In this document: positions 1 through 9,894 of the stretch, one piece after another
Layout: every line of letters begins with the position of its first letter
How positions within the stretch are numbered: position 1 is the stretch's first letter
NCBI RefSeq assembly: GCF_004010195.1
Contig: NC_057718.1
Span: 85,348,917-85,368,916, forward strand
Length of the DNA: 20,000 bases
Source of the DNA: Chiloscyllium plagiosum
Taxonomy: Eukaryota
Direction: 5' to 3'
Notes under the pieces: generated by a model
Told to the model about the DNA's origin: nothing
The model's database searches: none
The model's input: only the letters and a program-made list of their open reading frames with translations
Position numbers and translations under genes: made by a program

Positions 1-117
1 CTGCAAACAACAGGGTGACGTATATTAATATATATAACTTATAGAACATAGACGTACATCGCCAGTGTTAGGATCGCAATTATGTACATTATTTATTATG
101 TGAATAATAGAAAGCCA

Positions 118-750
118 TATATCCAAACTTGTTGATGACACAAAGTTAGGTGGCATTGTAGACGATAGCATAAAATTACAAGGGGATATGATAGCATAGG
201 AGAATGGGCAAAACTGTGGCAGGTGGAGTTCAATGTAAGCAAGTATGGGTTATCCATTTTGTACTGAAATTGGATAGATTAGAGTACTTTCAAGATTGGA
301 TGAAGTTAATTACAGGCATGTCCAAAGAGACTTGGGGTTCAAGCGCATAGATCTTTAAAATGACACAGACTGGTTTAAAAAATAACCAAGAACACTAATG
401 GAATGCTGGCCTTTATATTTAGAAGACTGCAGTATAAGTATGCAGAGGTTGCGCTGCAGTTATACAAAACCGTGGTTAGAACTCATTTGGAGTACTGTGA
501 GCAGATGTGAACACCACACCTTAGGAAGAATATGTTGGCCTTGGGGGGGGGGATGCAATGTAGGTTTACAGGAATGATACCTGGAATTCAGGGGTTAAAT
601 TATGAGAAGAGATTATATAAATTAGGCCGATTTCTTTTCTGGAATTTAGAAGATTATGGGATGATCCAGTTGAGGTCTTTCAGATATCAACAGGAAAAGA
701 CAGTGTAGATACAAATAAATTATTTCCATTTGTTCGGCATTCTAGAAACC
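118..750 (+). mobile_element. Decayed CR1 LINE fragment (C-terminal part of ORF2 reverse transcriptase)
   Basis: With frameshifts reads ISKLVDDTKLGGIV...LQGD...GEWAKLWQVEFNVSK...RDLGV...LYKTVVRTHLEYCEQM*TPHL, matching the CR1 pattern FADDTK...W.MEFN..KC...LVRPHLEYC.QFW.P. Multiple stops and frameshifts. Confidence 0.85.
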
Positions 751-829
751 ACAGAATATCCACACTGCTTAGTCTGCTGTTAAACCACATTTTAAAAAAT
801 ACCTATAGGATGACTGTAGCTCTTTTTAG

Positions 830-1445
830 TAGGAGCCATCAAGACTAGTTTGACAAAAATGATCAGAAGGTCCAAGAGCTACTAAATCATAAGCATAAGG
901 TGCTCTTGCACAGGAGGTAGCACCAAAACATGAGGGAAGGAAAGCAGATCTACAGAGAAATGGAGGCTGAGGTACAACTAAAAGCCTGTGAACTGAAGAA
1001 TAGATGATGGCTGAAAGTGTGCATGAAATCTGGCAACTCGCCAGAACCCTGAAGCATGTGGATTCGTCAATGTAATAAGGGCCTATCTCACTGACAGATG
1101 AGAATAAAGAGGTGCTCATGAAGGACACTGAGAGAGTGAGCACCCATTGGAAGCAGCACTTCAAAGATCTCCTCAACTGAGATTCAGCCCTTGACATTGC
1201 TGCCCTACAGCATAGTACCTGTGATCATCTCAGCAAAAACCCTAGCCCAATGAGTTTGGAAGGTCATTTGACAGGTAGGATCCCACAAGGCTGGCAGCAT
1301 AGTTGGGATCCCTGCTGAAAATAAAGTAGGGAGGGAAGAAGGGGAAATAGTCTTTGCTCAAATACATGACCTCATCTCCCTCAACGTGAAGGGGAAGAAA
1401 ATGCGGAGGATCTCTGAGATGTGACCATTTGCAAGAAAGGAGGAA
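830..1445 (+). mobile_element. Decayed RTE-clade LINE fragment (region preceding and starting the RT)
   Basis: Plus-strand remnants ENKEVLMKDTERVSTHWKQHFKDLLN and AQIHDLISL...VTICKKG resemble RTE-type W.EHF..LLN and IVTIFKKG motifs. The listed 826..1197 (-) ORF is its antisense. Confidence 0.7.
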
Positions 1446-1479
1446 AAAAACAATTGCAGTCAGGAATAAGAGTAGCAGT

Positions 1480-1705
1480 CACATGGGAACAGCAATGTTT
1501 CCAAGTTCCTCTCCAACTCACACACCATTTGACTTGAAAATATACTGCTATTCTTTCATTGCCGCTAGAGTCATAATTTTAGTATCCAGTTAACAGTTTT
1601 CTAGGTGCAGATACATGCCAGCAGTATTTCAAGAAGGGTTAAGAATGGGTAATAAATGCTATCCTTTGTCAGCAATGCCCAAGTTCCATGAATGAATGTA
1701 AAAAT
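1480..1705 (+). mobile_element. 3' end of a CR1/L2-group LINE
   Basis: Ends gggtaataaatgct...cagcaatgcccaagttccatgaatgaatgtaaaa, the same tail as the SINE at 6661-6900 (gggaataaatgct...cccatgaatgaattaaaa). Confidence 0.6.
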
Positions 1706-1964
1706 TCCAGATTAAATTCTTCCTCTTGATGAGCATGTCCACAAACCAATTAGTTGGTCGTGCATCTCATTAGCTGTATATGGGATATTGTTGTGCAGAC
1801 CAAGTAACCTGCATTTTCTGTCTGAATTCATGTGGTCCTGTGACTTAGTTCCCAAGGATGCAATCAAAAGTTATACAAATGCAAGTTCAAAGTTTTGTTT
1901 TCTTTTATTACTTTTGGAAATGTTTTGGAAATGTCTGCTCAAGTGTATGTAAAAAATCTTTCAA

Positions 1965-2200
1965 AGAAAAGCACGGGAAGTTATTCCCAATGCCCCGGCC
2001 AACATTTATCCTTCAATAAATAACACAAAAACAGATTTTCTGGTAATTATCTTATTTGCCAGAGCTTGCTGTAAGCTTAATGACTACTACATATCCATTT
2101 CACAACAGTGGATAGCCTGCAGAAAATAAATTCTTAATTGAGTTTAAAGTGCTTTAAGGTGACAAGAGGTCATAAAAAGCATGATATAAATATAATGATT
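1965..2200 (+). mobile_element. Deu-domain SINE (SacSINE1-like), 3' half
   Basis: ggccaacatttatccttcaa...aaacagattttctggtaattatc...gagcttgctgt...aaagtgcttt...atataaat. Similar to copies near 11050-11280 and 13290-13460. Confidence 0.65.
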
Positions 2201-2349
2201 TTTTGGTTTGGATGTTCAATATTCCTTGATAGTCCATTGTTAGTTGTGTAGGATTTTAAAGATGTTTTAAGGATGTAAGATACAATTGTATCAAATCTTG
2301 TTTAGACTATTGCTCGAACACTGCTTATAACTTTAATTTCCATATTTAA

Positions 2350-2790
2350 AAAAAACGGTAGAGATACTGGAGAAGGTGCAAAAAAAATTACCGTAAATTC
2401 AGAGTCTACTTATCAAGAAAGGATCAACAGGTTGGAATTGACCTCTGGAAAAGGTTGAGGGAGACTTCTTAGAGATCTTTACATTAAAGAAAGGTTTTGA
2501 CATATATATATATAAAATATTTCTACTTAGAAAGAAGAAGAAAACTGAAAGTCATCATTATATAATTGTCATCCAAATATAAAATAGAGACTTTATAAGA
2601 AAACTCTTTACTCAGAGAGTGGTGAGAATATGGAACTCATTACCACATTGGTGGTTGATGGTTGAAGTGATTATATAGATGCATTCAATGGGAGGCTTGA
2701 TAAGCATGCAAAGCAAAAGGGAATAGAAGTAATACTGGTAGAGCTGATGGGGAAAGATAGGAGGAGGAATGTATGGAGCATAGACCCTAT
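2350..2790 (+). mobile_element. Decayed CR1 LINE 3' end
   Basis: ctggagaaggtgcaaaaaa (LEKVQK), aggttgaggggagac-like, tttactcagagagtggtgagaatatggaactcattacca (FTQRVVRIWNSLP), gcattcaatgggaggcttgataagcat. Confidence 0.8.
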
Positions 2791-3589
2791 CACTTCTGTC
2801 AACCTGGAATCTCTCCTCCCCCATTTTCACCAAATCCCTCCACATTTTGCCCCCTGAAGCTAGAAACCATATCAGGTTCCAATGCTCCTCATGACTATCT
2901 GTCCTCCCATCATTAAGACCAATTGCATTCCATGACTCTAGCTTCTGCCCTACCAGACCTAATGCCCCCTGTGGTTGTGAGCATATCCTGTTCTAACCAA
3001 TACCACTATGCACCTTATATTCTCATGCACAAGGGCAGCCCTGGACATCTCTACAATTCTCTTTCTAGACATGGCTCCCAATCGCCCCAAGAAATGATAG
3101 AAACTGTTGTGAGCGTCACCTGTTCAATCCTCAAACCACATTCAGTCTTGATTCTATTGTTGTTTGTAACGAGAAAAATTCTATTGGAAATCTGTTCTGA
3201 TAAGCTTAGAGTGAAAGAGGGGTAAAGCTGATTACAAATTCCTAAGTACAATACAGGACTAGACCACTGCCTGGCAGGAGAACAAGAATTATGGCTTCAA
3301 ATTTAATGTGCTTGAAAGTGTGGTAGTTATGCAGTTCTGCAATGGATATTGTGCATAAAGAAAATTTCATTTGATTGATGTTTCTACTGAATCATGGAAG
3401 TGTTCTTTCAACACAGATCCATTGGGAGCTGTCACCATGTCCAAGCTGAGATTACTGACTTACCCAGGGTTGAAACTGGGTACTCTTTCAAAAGAGTTGG
3501 TATCATATATAATATATATTGGCACATTTATCTATTGAAGCATCAAATCAGTTTACCCTTCCAATTCTTCCTTCTTTTCCCATTAACAA

Positions 3590-3960
3590 TTGGTGGTTCT
3601 CTGGCCTCTGAGTTTCACTCCACAGACTTGAGCACATAGAGTAAGCATTACTTCAATTACCAAGGGAATGTCAGAGATGTTGTCTTTCACATGAGATGTT
3701 GAACAGAGGAGACATTTAAAAATCCAAGGTACTATTGAAAGAAGCACAGAAAAGTAAGTAGCGATGCTTGGGAAATAGATTTCATTCCAGGACTTGAAGT
3801 TGTTCAAATGTGTTTTGATAGTTTGATAGTCTAAATGGTTAACAGTGACCCTCATCCCAGACAGTTCTAGATTTGAATACAATTCTCAAGTGGATATTTA
3901 CTTGGGAATTGTTGTTATTTCCTACTTTAACAATAAATGAAATACTGTAATGATGTTTTA
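3590..3960 (+). mobile_element. Highly decayed Deu-domain SINE
   Basis: ctggcctctgagt...agacttgagcacat...gtctttcacatgagatgttgaacagagg...aaaaatccaaggtactattgaaagaagc, colinear with the copy at 10830-11280. Confidence 0.5.
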
Positions 3961-3964
3961 TTAT

Positions 3965-4320
3965 AAAAGAAAGATAAAAATGTATTTTAAGTCAATTTTC
4001 ATGACTTCAGGACACCCTAAGAGATTTTACAGCCAATGAAATATTTTGGAGGTGCTGTTATTATTGTAATTTAGGAATCTGAGCAGTCAAAAAGGCCCCA
4101 CAAATAGCAGTATGATGGTAACTAGTTAATGTGCTATAATTATGCTTGTATTGGGAGAAATATTGGTAAGACGCAGGGGAGAACACTCGTGATCAGAAGG
4201 TGTTGTGGTATATTTTATGTTCACCTGAGAGGGTGGATATCACTGTAGATTAACAGCTCATTTAAAAGGTTGCTAATTGCAAAATTCAGATCTCTCTTAC
4301 CACTGCTTAGAATGTCAGAG
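3965..4320 (-). mobile_element. Decayed Deu-domain SINE
   Basis: Plus strand shows ttttacagccaatgaa...cccacaaatagca...aaatattgg...caggggagaacactc...ttttatgttcacctgagaggg, the reverse complement of the motifs in the plus-strand copies. Confidence 0.65.
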
Positions 4321-4374
4321 CAAAATTAAGAAGGGTTTAGATCCAGTGAAATTAGTCCTTCATATTTTCATGAC

Positions 4375-4584
4375 AGCTTTGCTATAATGTTCTGTTCTCA
4401 TGCAATCCCATGTCATAAGAAAATCATGTAATTGCAGCATCATTTAAACTGATGGGGTCAGATTTGCGTTATAACCATTATACACTTTAAATGTTCGCCC
4501 TGTAGAAACAAAATCCTCAGTTTGTCAATGGTGCTATAGTGAATTTGTGTTAATGAAAGGCATGTTATAGCAGAATGGCCTGTA
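4375..4584. mobile_element. Possible Tc1/mariner (Tigger-like) MITE remnant
   Basis: Right end catgttatagcagaatggcctg|ta reads TA-CAGG on the minus strand. Left end tgctataatgt (about 4380) partly matches its reverse complement; the left TIR is incomplete. Confidence 0.4.
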
Positions 4585-5474
4585 CTTTGTTCTGAGCTCC
4601 AGTGGCACAGGGTCATGAATGTCAGCTCTGTATTCTGTTTCTATACTCTAGTGCAGCTTTCAGTCCAATGACACCAATGCCTGTTTGTTTCTGGTTAACA
4701 GTAATCTGAATTTCCAGTTGGAGACCATCACAAGTTTTCCAACATGCAGAAAGATGAGTCTGAGTTAGCATTTAGGCAAAATGTTTGCCTACTGAAAAGC
4801 TACCTTCCAGCATTCATTTTGTTTCTGCACTAGGATGGGACAGTTGAGCCTGTCTATGAGGACTCTCCATGGGTTGCTATAATCAGACATCAGGAGCTGA
4901 TTTTATTTCTTCCTTCCACTCCTCTGCCCCCAGTGAGGAGGAACGCTTTGTGTTGCCTAATATTCCATTGATTGCAGCAGACAGGCTGGAACTGACTAAA
5001 ACTGGTCAAGAAAAGCAAATGAGTTTGGATGACATTTAACGCTAGTTTCCTCCACTTACTCACTCTGATTAAGAGTCAAACAGTTGCCCACTTGAGCAAC
5101 CAGACCATCTGTTACCTTTGAACCAAATTGGGAGCTATGATGAAGGTGAATTGTGTGTTCCTTAAAGAAAATTTTAAATCAGAGCCCCGAAAAATCATTT
5201 TATTATCTATCTAAAGGCTTAGCTTGCACCCACTTGCTTATACCATAATAAACTGTTAATAAAAATGTAGGGAATGCATGCTTTTGAGATGTTTGATGCC
5301 TCAGAAAAAAAGGTTTTATGGGAATGACAAATTAGTAATCAATTATAAAGCAAAAACAATCAATTATAAAGTACATATAATAGAACATTTTCCTTTTATG
5401 TTTCTCAAGCAGCTTCGAGTCACTGTACTTTTGGTTACTCCTGGAGCTTGTAGTGCAGTAATGACCTGATTTTA

Positions 5475-5760
5475 GACATTTCTCTCCCCATGTTCAAACC
5501 ACTATATGGCCTTGCCCGTCCCTACATCCTTAACCTTCTCTCACCCAAGTATCTCTCTTATAACTGCATTCCTCTGATTTTAGCCTGTCTGGCACCCTCT
5601 ACCTCTTTTGCCCATATTGCTGGCCATGCATTCAGTCATTTGAATATTCTGCTCTGGAATTTCTGCCTTAAGTTGTTCTGCCTCTTCACCTCTCTCTTGC
5701 TTTAGGATACTCCTGAAACCCTACTTCTTTGCCCAAGCTTCTGGTCACTTGATCAAATAG
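5475..5760 (+). mobile_element. L2 LINE 3' end, decayed
   Basis: MFKPLYGLARPYI (L2 FK.LHGLAP.YL), GHAFS...LLWN, then aggatactcctgaaaccctacttctttgcccaagct (LLKTYLF..AF-like). Confidence 0.7.
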
Positions 5761-6295
5761 GCAGAATCTTTATGCCCTTTAAAAGATTTCAAACATAGGG
5801 ATCATTTCCAGGTAGCAGTGCTATATTGTAGCATCACCTGTTTTGGCATATCATTTTAGCTTTTTCTGCTGCTCTTCCCAGTATACTTTCCGATGCTACT
5901 CAGTAATCAAGGATTGGGCCCCTGGCTTGATGAAAATGATGAAGTGAGAGATATTTCACGTACGATTTCACAGTTTGTGGTTAAATACAATCCTGCTGCT
6001 GCTGCTGAAGGTCCAAAGCACCTCTTTAATGTCCAGCTTGGAGGTGCTGGATTTGATCTGAATCAGCCTCATTCAGCAAAGTTGTAATTCCACCATACAT
6101 ATTGGAGCATGTCCTCAGTATGAAGATAGGACTTCATCTCCACAAGGACTGTGCAGTACTCACTCCTACTGATACTGTTATGGATTTATGCATCTGTTGC
6201 AGGTAGATTGGTGAGAATAAGATCAAAATATTCCCTTTTCTTGGTTTTCTCACCAGCTGCCTTCAGCTTAGTACGGCAGTAATGTCCTTCAGAAG

Positions 6296-6544
6296 TTGTG
6301 ATGTGGAGGAGCTGGTGCTGAAATGGGGTGGACAAAGTTAAAAATCACAAAACACCAAGTTATAGTCCAACAGGTTTATTTCAAAGCACTAGCTTTCAGA
6401 GTGCTGCTCCTTCATCAGGTAGCAAAATCCTTGGCACATCCTTGGCAAAAGGTAGCTACCTGATGAAGGAACTGTGCCCTAAAAGCTAGTGATTCCAAAT
6501 AAACCTGTTGGACTATAACTTGGTGTTTTGTGATTTTTAACTTT
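6296..6544. mobile_element. Penelope-like foldback insertion with 90-bp inverted arms
   Basis: Arm 6334-6423 is the reverse complement of arm 6455-6544 with a few mismatches. AGAAG flanks both sides (6291-6295, 6545-6549). Each arm holds a CTGATGA hammerhead-like core. Confidence 0.75.
6388..6420 (-). ncRNA. Minimal type I hammerhead-ribozyme-like motif (Penelope-associated)
   Basis: Minus strand: ac-CTGATGA-a-GGAG cagca CTCT-GAAA-GC-TA-gt. Palindromic AGCT at helix III and 2-bp helix I (ac/gt). Activity untested. Confidence 0.55.
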
Positions 6545-6660
6545 AGAAGCTGGATAGCTCAGTCAGTAGCAGTACAACTGAATCACTCTATATCATGGTC
6601 ATTGATGTCCTGTCACAAAAATGCACTCTATACCATGGCTACTCTCATTACATTCTTCAA

Positions 6661-6900
6661 CATGAAACTGTATAATCATTGTTGATTGTAATTAAAACCC
6701 ATCTAGTTCACTAATATCCTTTAGGGAATGAAAACCATTGTTCTTATCTGGTCTGGCATAAATTTATTCCAGACCCAATGTGTTTGACTCTTAATTGATT
6801 TCTGAAATGGCCAAGCAAACTGTTTAGTTGCAGGGCAGTTAGAAATGGGAATAAATGCTTGCCTAGCCAGTGACACAGACATCCCATGAATGAATTAAAA
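6661..6900 (+). mobile_element. SINE 3' portion with LINE-derived tail
   Basis: aaaacccatctagttcactaatatcctttaggga...tggtctggc...ccagaccca...ctgaaatggcc...aataaatgct...cccatgaatgaattaaaa. Related minus-strand copy at about 8300-8510. Confidence 0.65.
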
Positions 6901-7102
6901 GATTGAAGGTGGAGGAACTGAGGGTAATTAGTAAGGAGATTTCTTGTCCTTATTTGACCTGATGCCAGGAGACTTCATTGGGTCTGGAGTGATTGATGAA
7001 GATTTCCAGCACCACTCTCTTCCAATGGTATACCACATACTGCCACCTCTGGTAGGTCTGAACTATTGGTGGGACTGGATGTCCCTCGGCATGGTAATAG
7101 AG

Positions 7103-7200
7103 GATTCTGGATTAGTAGTGCTGGAAGACCACAGCAGTTCAGGCAGCATCCAAGGAGCTTCGAAATCGACGTTTCGGGCAAAAGCCCTTCATCAGGAATA
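7103..7200 (-). mobile_element. Short Penelope-like terminal-repeat fragment
   Basis: gtgctggaagaccacagcagttcaggcagcatccaaggagc...gacgtttcgggcaaaagcccttcatcaggaat is homologous to 9371-9432, 9500-9586 and 19781-19855. It interrupts the host LINE. Confidence 0.75.
7168..7195 (-). ncRNA. Minimal hammerhead-ribozyme core, consensus-intact
   Basis: Minus strand: CTGATGA-a-GGGC TTTT GCCC-GAAA-C-GTC. Perfect 4-bp helix II, palindromic ACGT and GUC cleavage triplet; helix I is weak. Confidence 0.6.
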
Positions 7201-7422
7201 AGGAGACTGTTGGCTGTAACATATGATTTGGTGAATATGATTATGTCAAGCAGCTGCTTGAGGGACAGCAGGACAGTTCTCCCAATGCTGGCATAATCAC
7301 TGAATGTTAATGAGGAGAGTCTGTCAGAACTGACTCAGTAGGGTATGTCTTTGTCATTTCTCATGCCGAGTTTGATGCTGTGTTATCCATCCAGTTTTAT
7401 TCTCTTGCAGATGAGTTACTTG

Positions 7423-8046
7423 TGTTATGGACCAGACCAGAGTCCCACAAAATCTATTAAGGAGGTAGCCCAGGCCCTAAATTTTTCTTATTTTAAAGCT
7501 AAATGTTAGGTGCTGTGATCCAGGTGCAATATGATTGATCAAATGACTTGGTATTAAGCAAAACACAATTTATTCAAACACTATAGTTAAAATACAACAA
7601 AAGAAAGAAGAACTTGAAATAACTTTACTGGAAAACTTAACAGAATAATACATACAGTCATAATTACTAATTAACTGTTCCTACATAATAACATATCATA
7701 AACACATCCTTGGCAAAAGGCAGATTCAGAAAACAGATTTTGTCTCATACACAATCCAGTAGGTCAGGAGGAGAACCTTAGTTTTTGGCTGTAATTGAGG
7801 GAAGGGAAAAATAGCTTCTTCTTCAAGATCCCAACAGTAACTGCTGCTGGAAACAAAGAAAACTAAAAATCCCTATGGATATCGACCCTACCCATTCAGG
7901 CTGCTTCTATTGTTCCAGCTTTAAAAAAAACCCAAGAATTCAGAAGTTGTTTATCTTCTCATAGACTGCTCAGCGCCTGTCTCCCAATCTCTCTCTCTAA
8001 ATGAAACCAGACAAAACACACCTCTTAAAGCCACAACATCATCACA
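7423..8046 (-). mobile_element. Solo LTR of a Gypsy (Gmr1-like) retrotransposon
   Basis: TGTTATGG...CATCACA termini with a perfect 4-bp TSD CTTG (7419-7422, 8047-8050). Minus-strand AATAAA at 7569-7574. Homologous to LTRs at 12382-13285 and 16664-17127. Confidence 0.9.
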
Positions 8047-8134
8047 CTTGCTAGGCCATTTATGAGAGAAGTTGAGACAATTGTATTGCTGCTGGTCTGG
8101 AGTTTTGTGTCGGCCAGAGTAGGTAAAATAATAA

Positions 8135-8510
8135 TTGGGGCAGTAGTGTAATGACAATGTGACTAGTCTCGTGCCCTAGCTAATTTTCTGGGGAACGTAG
8201 TTTCAAATACCAACGTGGTATACTGAGAATTAAATTAATCTGACATCAAAAACTAGTTTAATAGTGCTCACTTTCAGACAGTGAAGTGTATTTTTTTAAA
8301 AATAGCAGATTTCCTTCCTTAAAAGGGCACTTAATGAACAAGGTGGTTTTAATGATAATTTATTAATGAGCTTGGCATAATATTTCAGATTTGTTAATTA
8401 ATTCAATTTAAATTCAATTAGTCACAATGGTGAATTTGGATTTATCACCAATAGTCATCAATATTAGTCCAGACTACTGGCCCAGTACTATTCCCATTAT
8501 GCTGCCGTTT
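8135..8510. mobile_element. Two decayed SINE fragments in opposite orientation (about 8135-8275 +, about 8300-8510 -)
   Basis: Plus piece: gctaattttctggggaacgtagtttcaaatacc (degenerate B-box). Minus piece: gcagatttccttccttaaaaggg...aatgaacaaggtggtttt, the reverse complement of motifs in 6695-6740. Confidence 0.45.
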
Positions 8511-9368
8511 TCACATAACTGAACTCTTGTATAATTCTGGTAAACTTCCTCTACCCTTCTCTAAGTTGGCAAAATATAATGGGGTAGTTCTCAGCTCAAT
8601 GAATTCTGATGACATAAAAACCTCAAAATTCTTCTCATCGCTTATCAATCCATTCACCACTAGAAACATTTTTGTTTTTGAGGTGTTTTGAGGTCAGAAT
8701 ATCTTTTTATTTCCATGAGGTCAGAGACAAAGGATGAAACATTGACATATGATCTGAAATAATACCAGGTTGCTCATCTCTGAAGTAAGCATACTCCTTT
8801 AAGGAGAATGGATTGGTACAATTTGTTTCCTGTTATAAACAGCAATGTGAAATTTATGTGATTCACTAAAGTTGGATTCTGTTGATTCATGTAATTTGAG
8901 TCTGTTTACAGGTAGAATACTTATCAGTCAACCTGCTAAAGGCTGAAAGAAATATGAAATCAGAATACTTGTGAGATCATAGTATCTGATAGATGTGAGG
9001 GATCTTGTTGCTGCAGTTCTTGTGGGTTATAGGGGATCTTTTTACAGGAGAAATCAGTGACAAGGAGCCCAAAACAATATTCAATACAGATGCAAAATTT
9101 ACAGTGGTGCATATTCCCTGCCTGATTGATACGAGCTTCATATTGAAACTTGTTCTTAATACTTGCTTCACATTTCTTTTTCTACTGATTTTAAAAGTCA
9201 CTTTTAAATGTCACCCTTAACTCAATTTTAGCAACGTCGTGGACAGTGATACAATGCAGGGACAATTGTATGCACAAAGTGATGTAAACCCTGTGGATTT
9301 TTAAATTACAATATCACCACTTGTACCACTTAGGGTAACTTTTCCTTATGACCAACCAAAATGTGTTG

Positions 9369-9626
9369 ACAGTGTGGTGCTGGAAAAGCACAGCAGGTCA
9401 GGCAGCATCTGAAAAGCAGGAGAATTGATGTTATGCCCAAAACGTCCATTCTCTTCATTCCTGATGAAGGGCTTATGCCCAAAACATCTATTCTCTTCAT
9501 TCCTGATGAAGAGCTTATGCCTGAAACGTTGATTTTCCTGCACCTCGGATGTTGCCTGACCTGCTGTGCTTTTCCAACACCACACTCTCGACTCTGATCT
9601 CCAGCATCTGCAGTCCTCACTTTCTC
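9369..9626 (+). mobile_element. Penelope-like foldback insertion with tandem hammerhead-like cores
   Basis: 62-bp inverted arms (9371-9432, 9525-9586). 42-bp tandem unit about 2.5 times from 9431, with CTGATGA at 9461 and 9503. 17-bp TSD with one mismatch: ccaaCcaaaatgtgttg (9352-9368) and ccaaTcaaaatgtgttg (9627-9643). Confidence 0.85.
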
Positions 9627-9894
9627 CCAATCAAAATGTGTTGCATATTCTACAGCCTTAGCATTCAGAGAAGCATATCTACAGCATTAATGATAAAGTC
9701 TGATGACAGGTCAAGACTAGTGCCTGCATAGGATGAATGAGCATTGACAAGGTAGATTTGTTGTCTAAACACTGCGCTTTACAGTTATAGACTCAGAATT
9801 ATACAGCACAGAATCAGACCCTTCAGCATGTCCGATGAGAACATGGTAGTGCTACACCTGAAATAAGTTTTCTCTTTAATCTGCTTCCTCTCAG

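Larger units (their letters stand above)
5830..8130 (-). mobile_element. Decayed CR1/L2-group LINE (AP-endonuclease region), split by four younger insertions
   Basis: Minus-strand remnants: RPTRGGS...PNEVSWHQVK*GQ (6940-7060), DIN.H (about 6600, a GDFN.H equivalent), LILTNLPATDA*IHNSISRSE.CTVLVE (6140-6230), FGPSAAA (about 6000-6020). Host pieces about 5830-6295, 6545-6660, 6901-7102, 7201-7422, 8047-8130. Confidence 0.75.

Noticed and set aside
826..1197. 123-aa minus-strand ORF
   Set aside because: Antisense to a decayed RTE LINE; no recognisable protein.
2790..3250. ORFs 2923-3225 (+) and 3051-3251 (-)
   Set aside because: No recognisable motif or clear splice structure. Possibly a very old LINE remnant, but I cannot assign it.
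8977..9220. Overlapping ORFs on both strands
   Set aside because: Short, AT-rich and with no homology I recognise; expected by chance.
9330..9731. ORFs with repeated peptides and a CRISPR-like tandem repeat
   Set aside because: These are translations of the Penelope foldback. The 42-bp units are head-to-tail with no unique spacers, there are no cas genes, and the context is eukaryotic.
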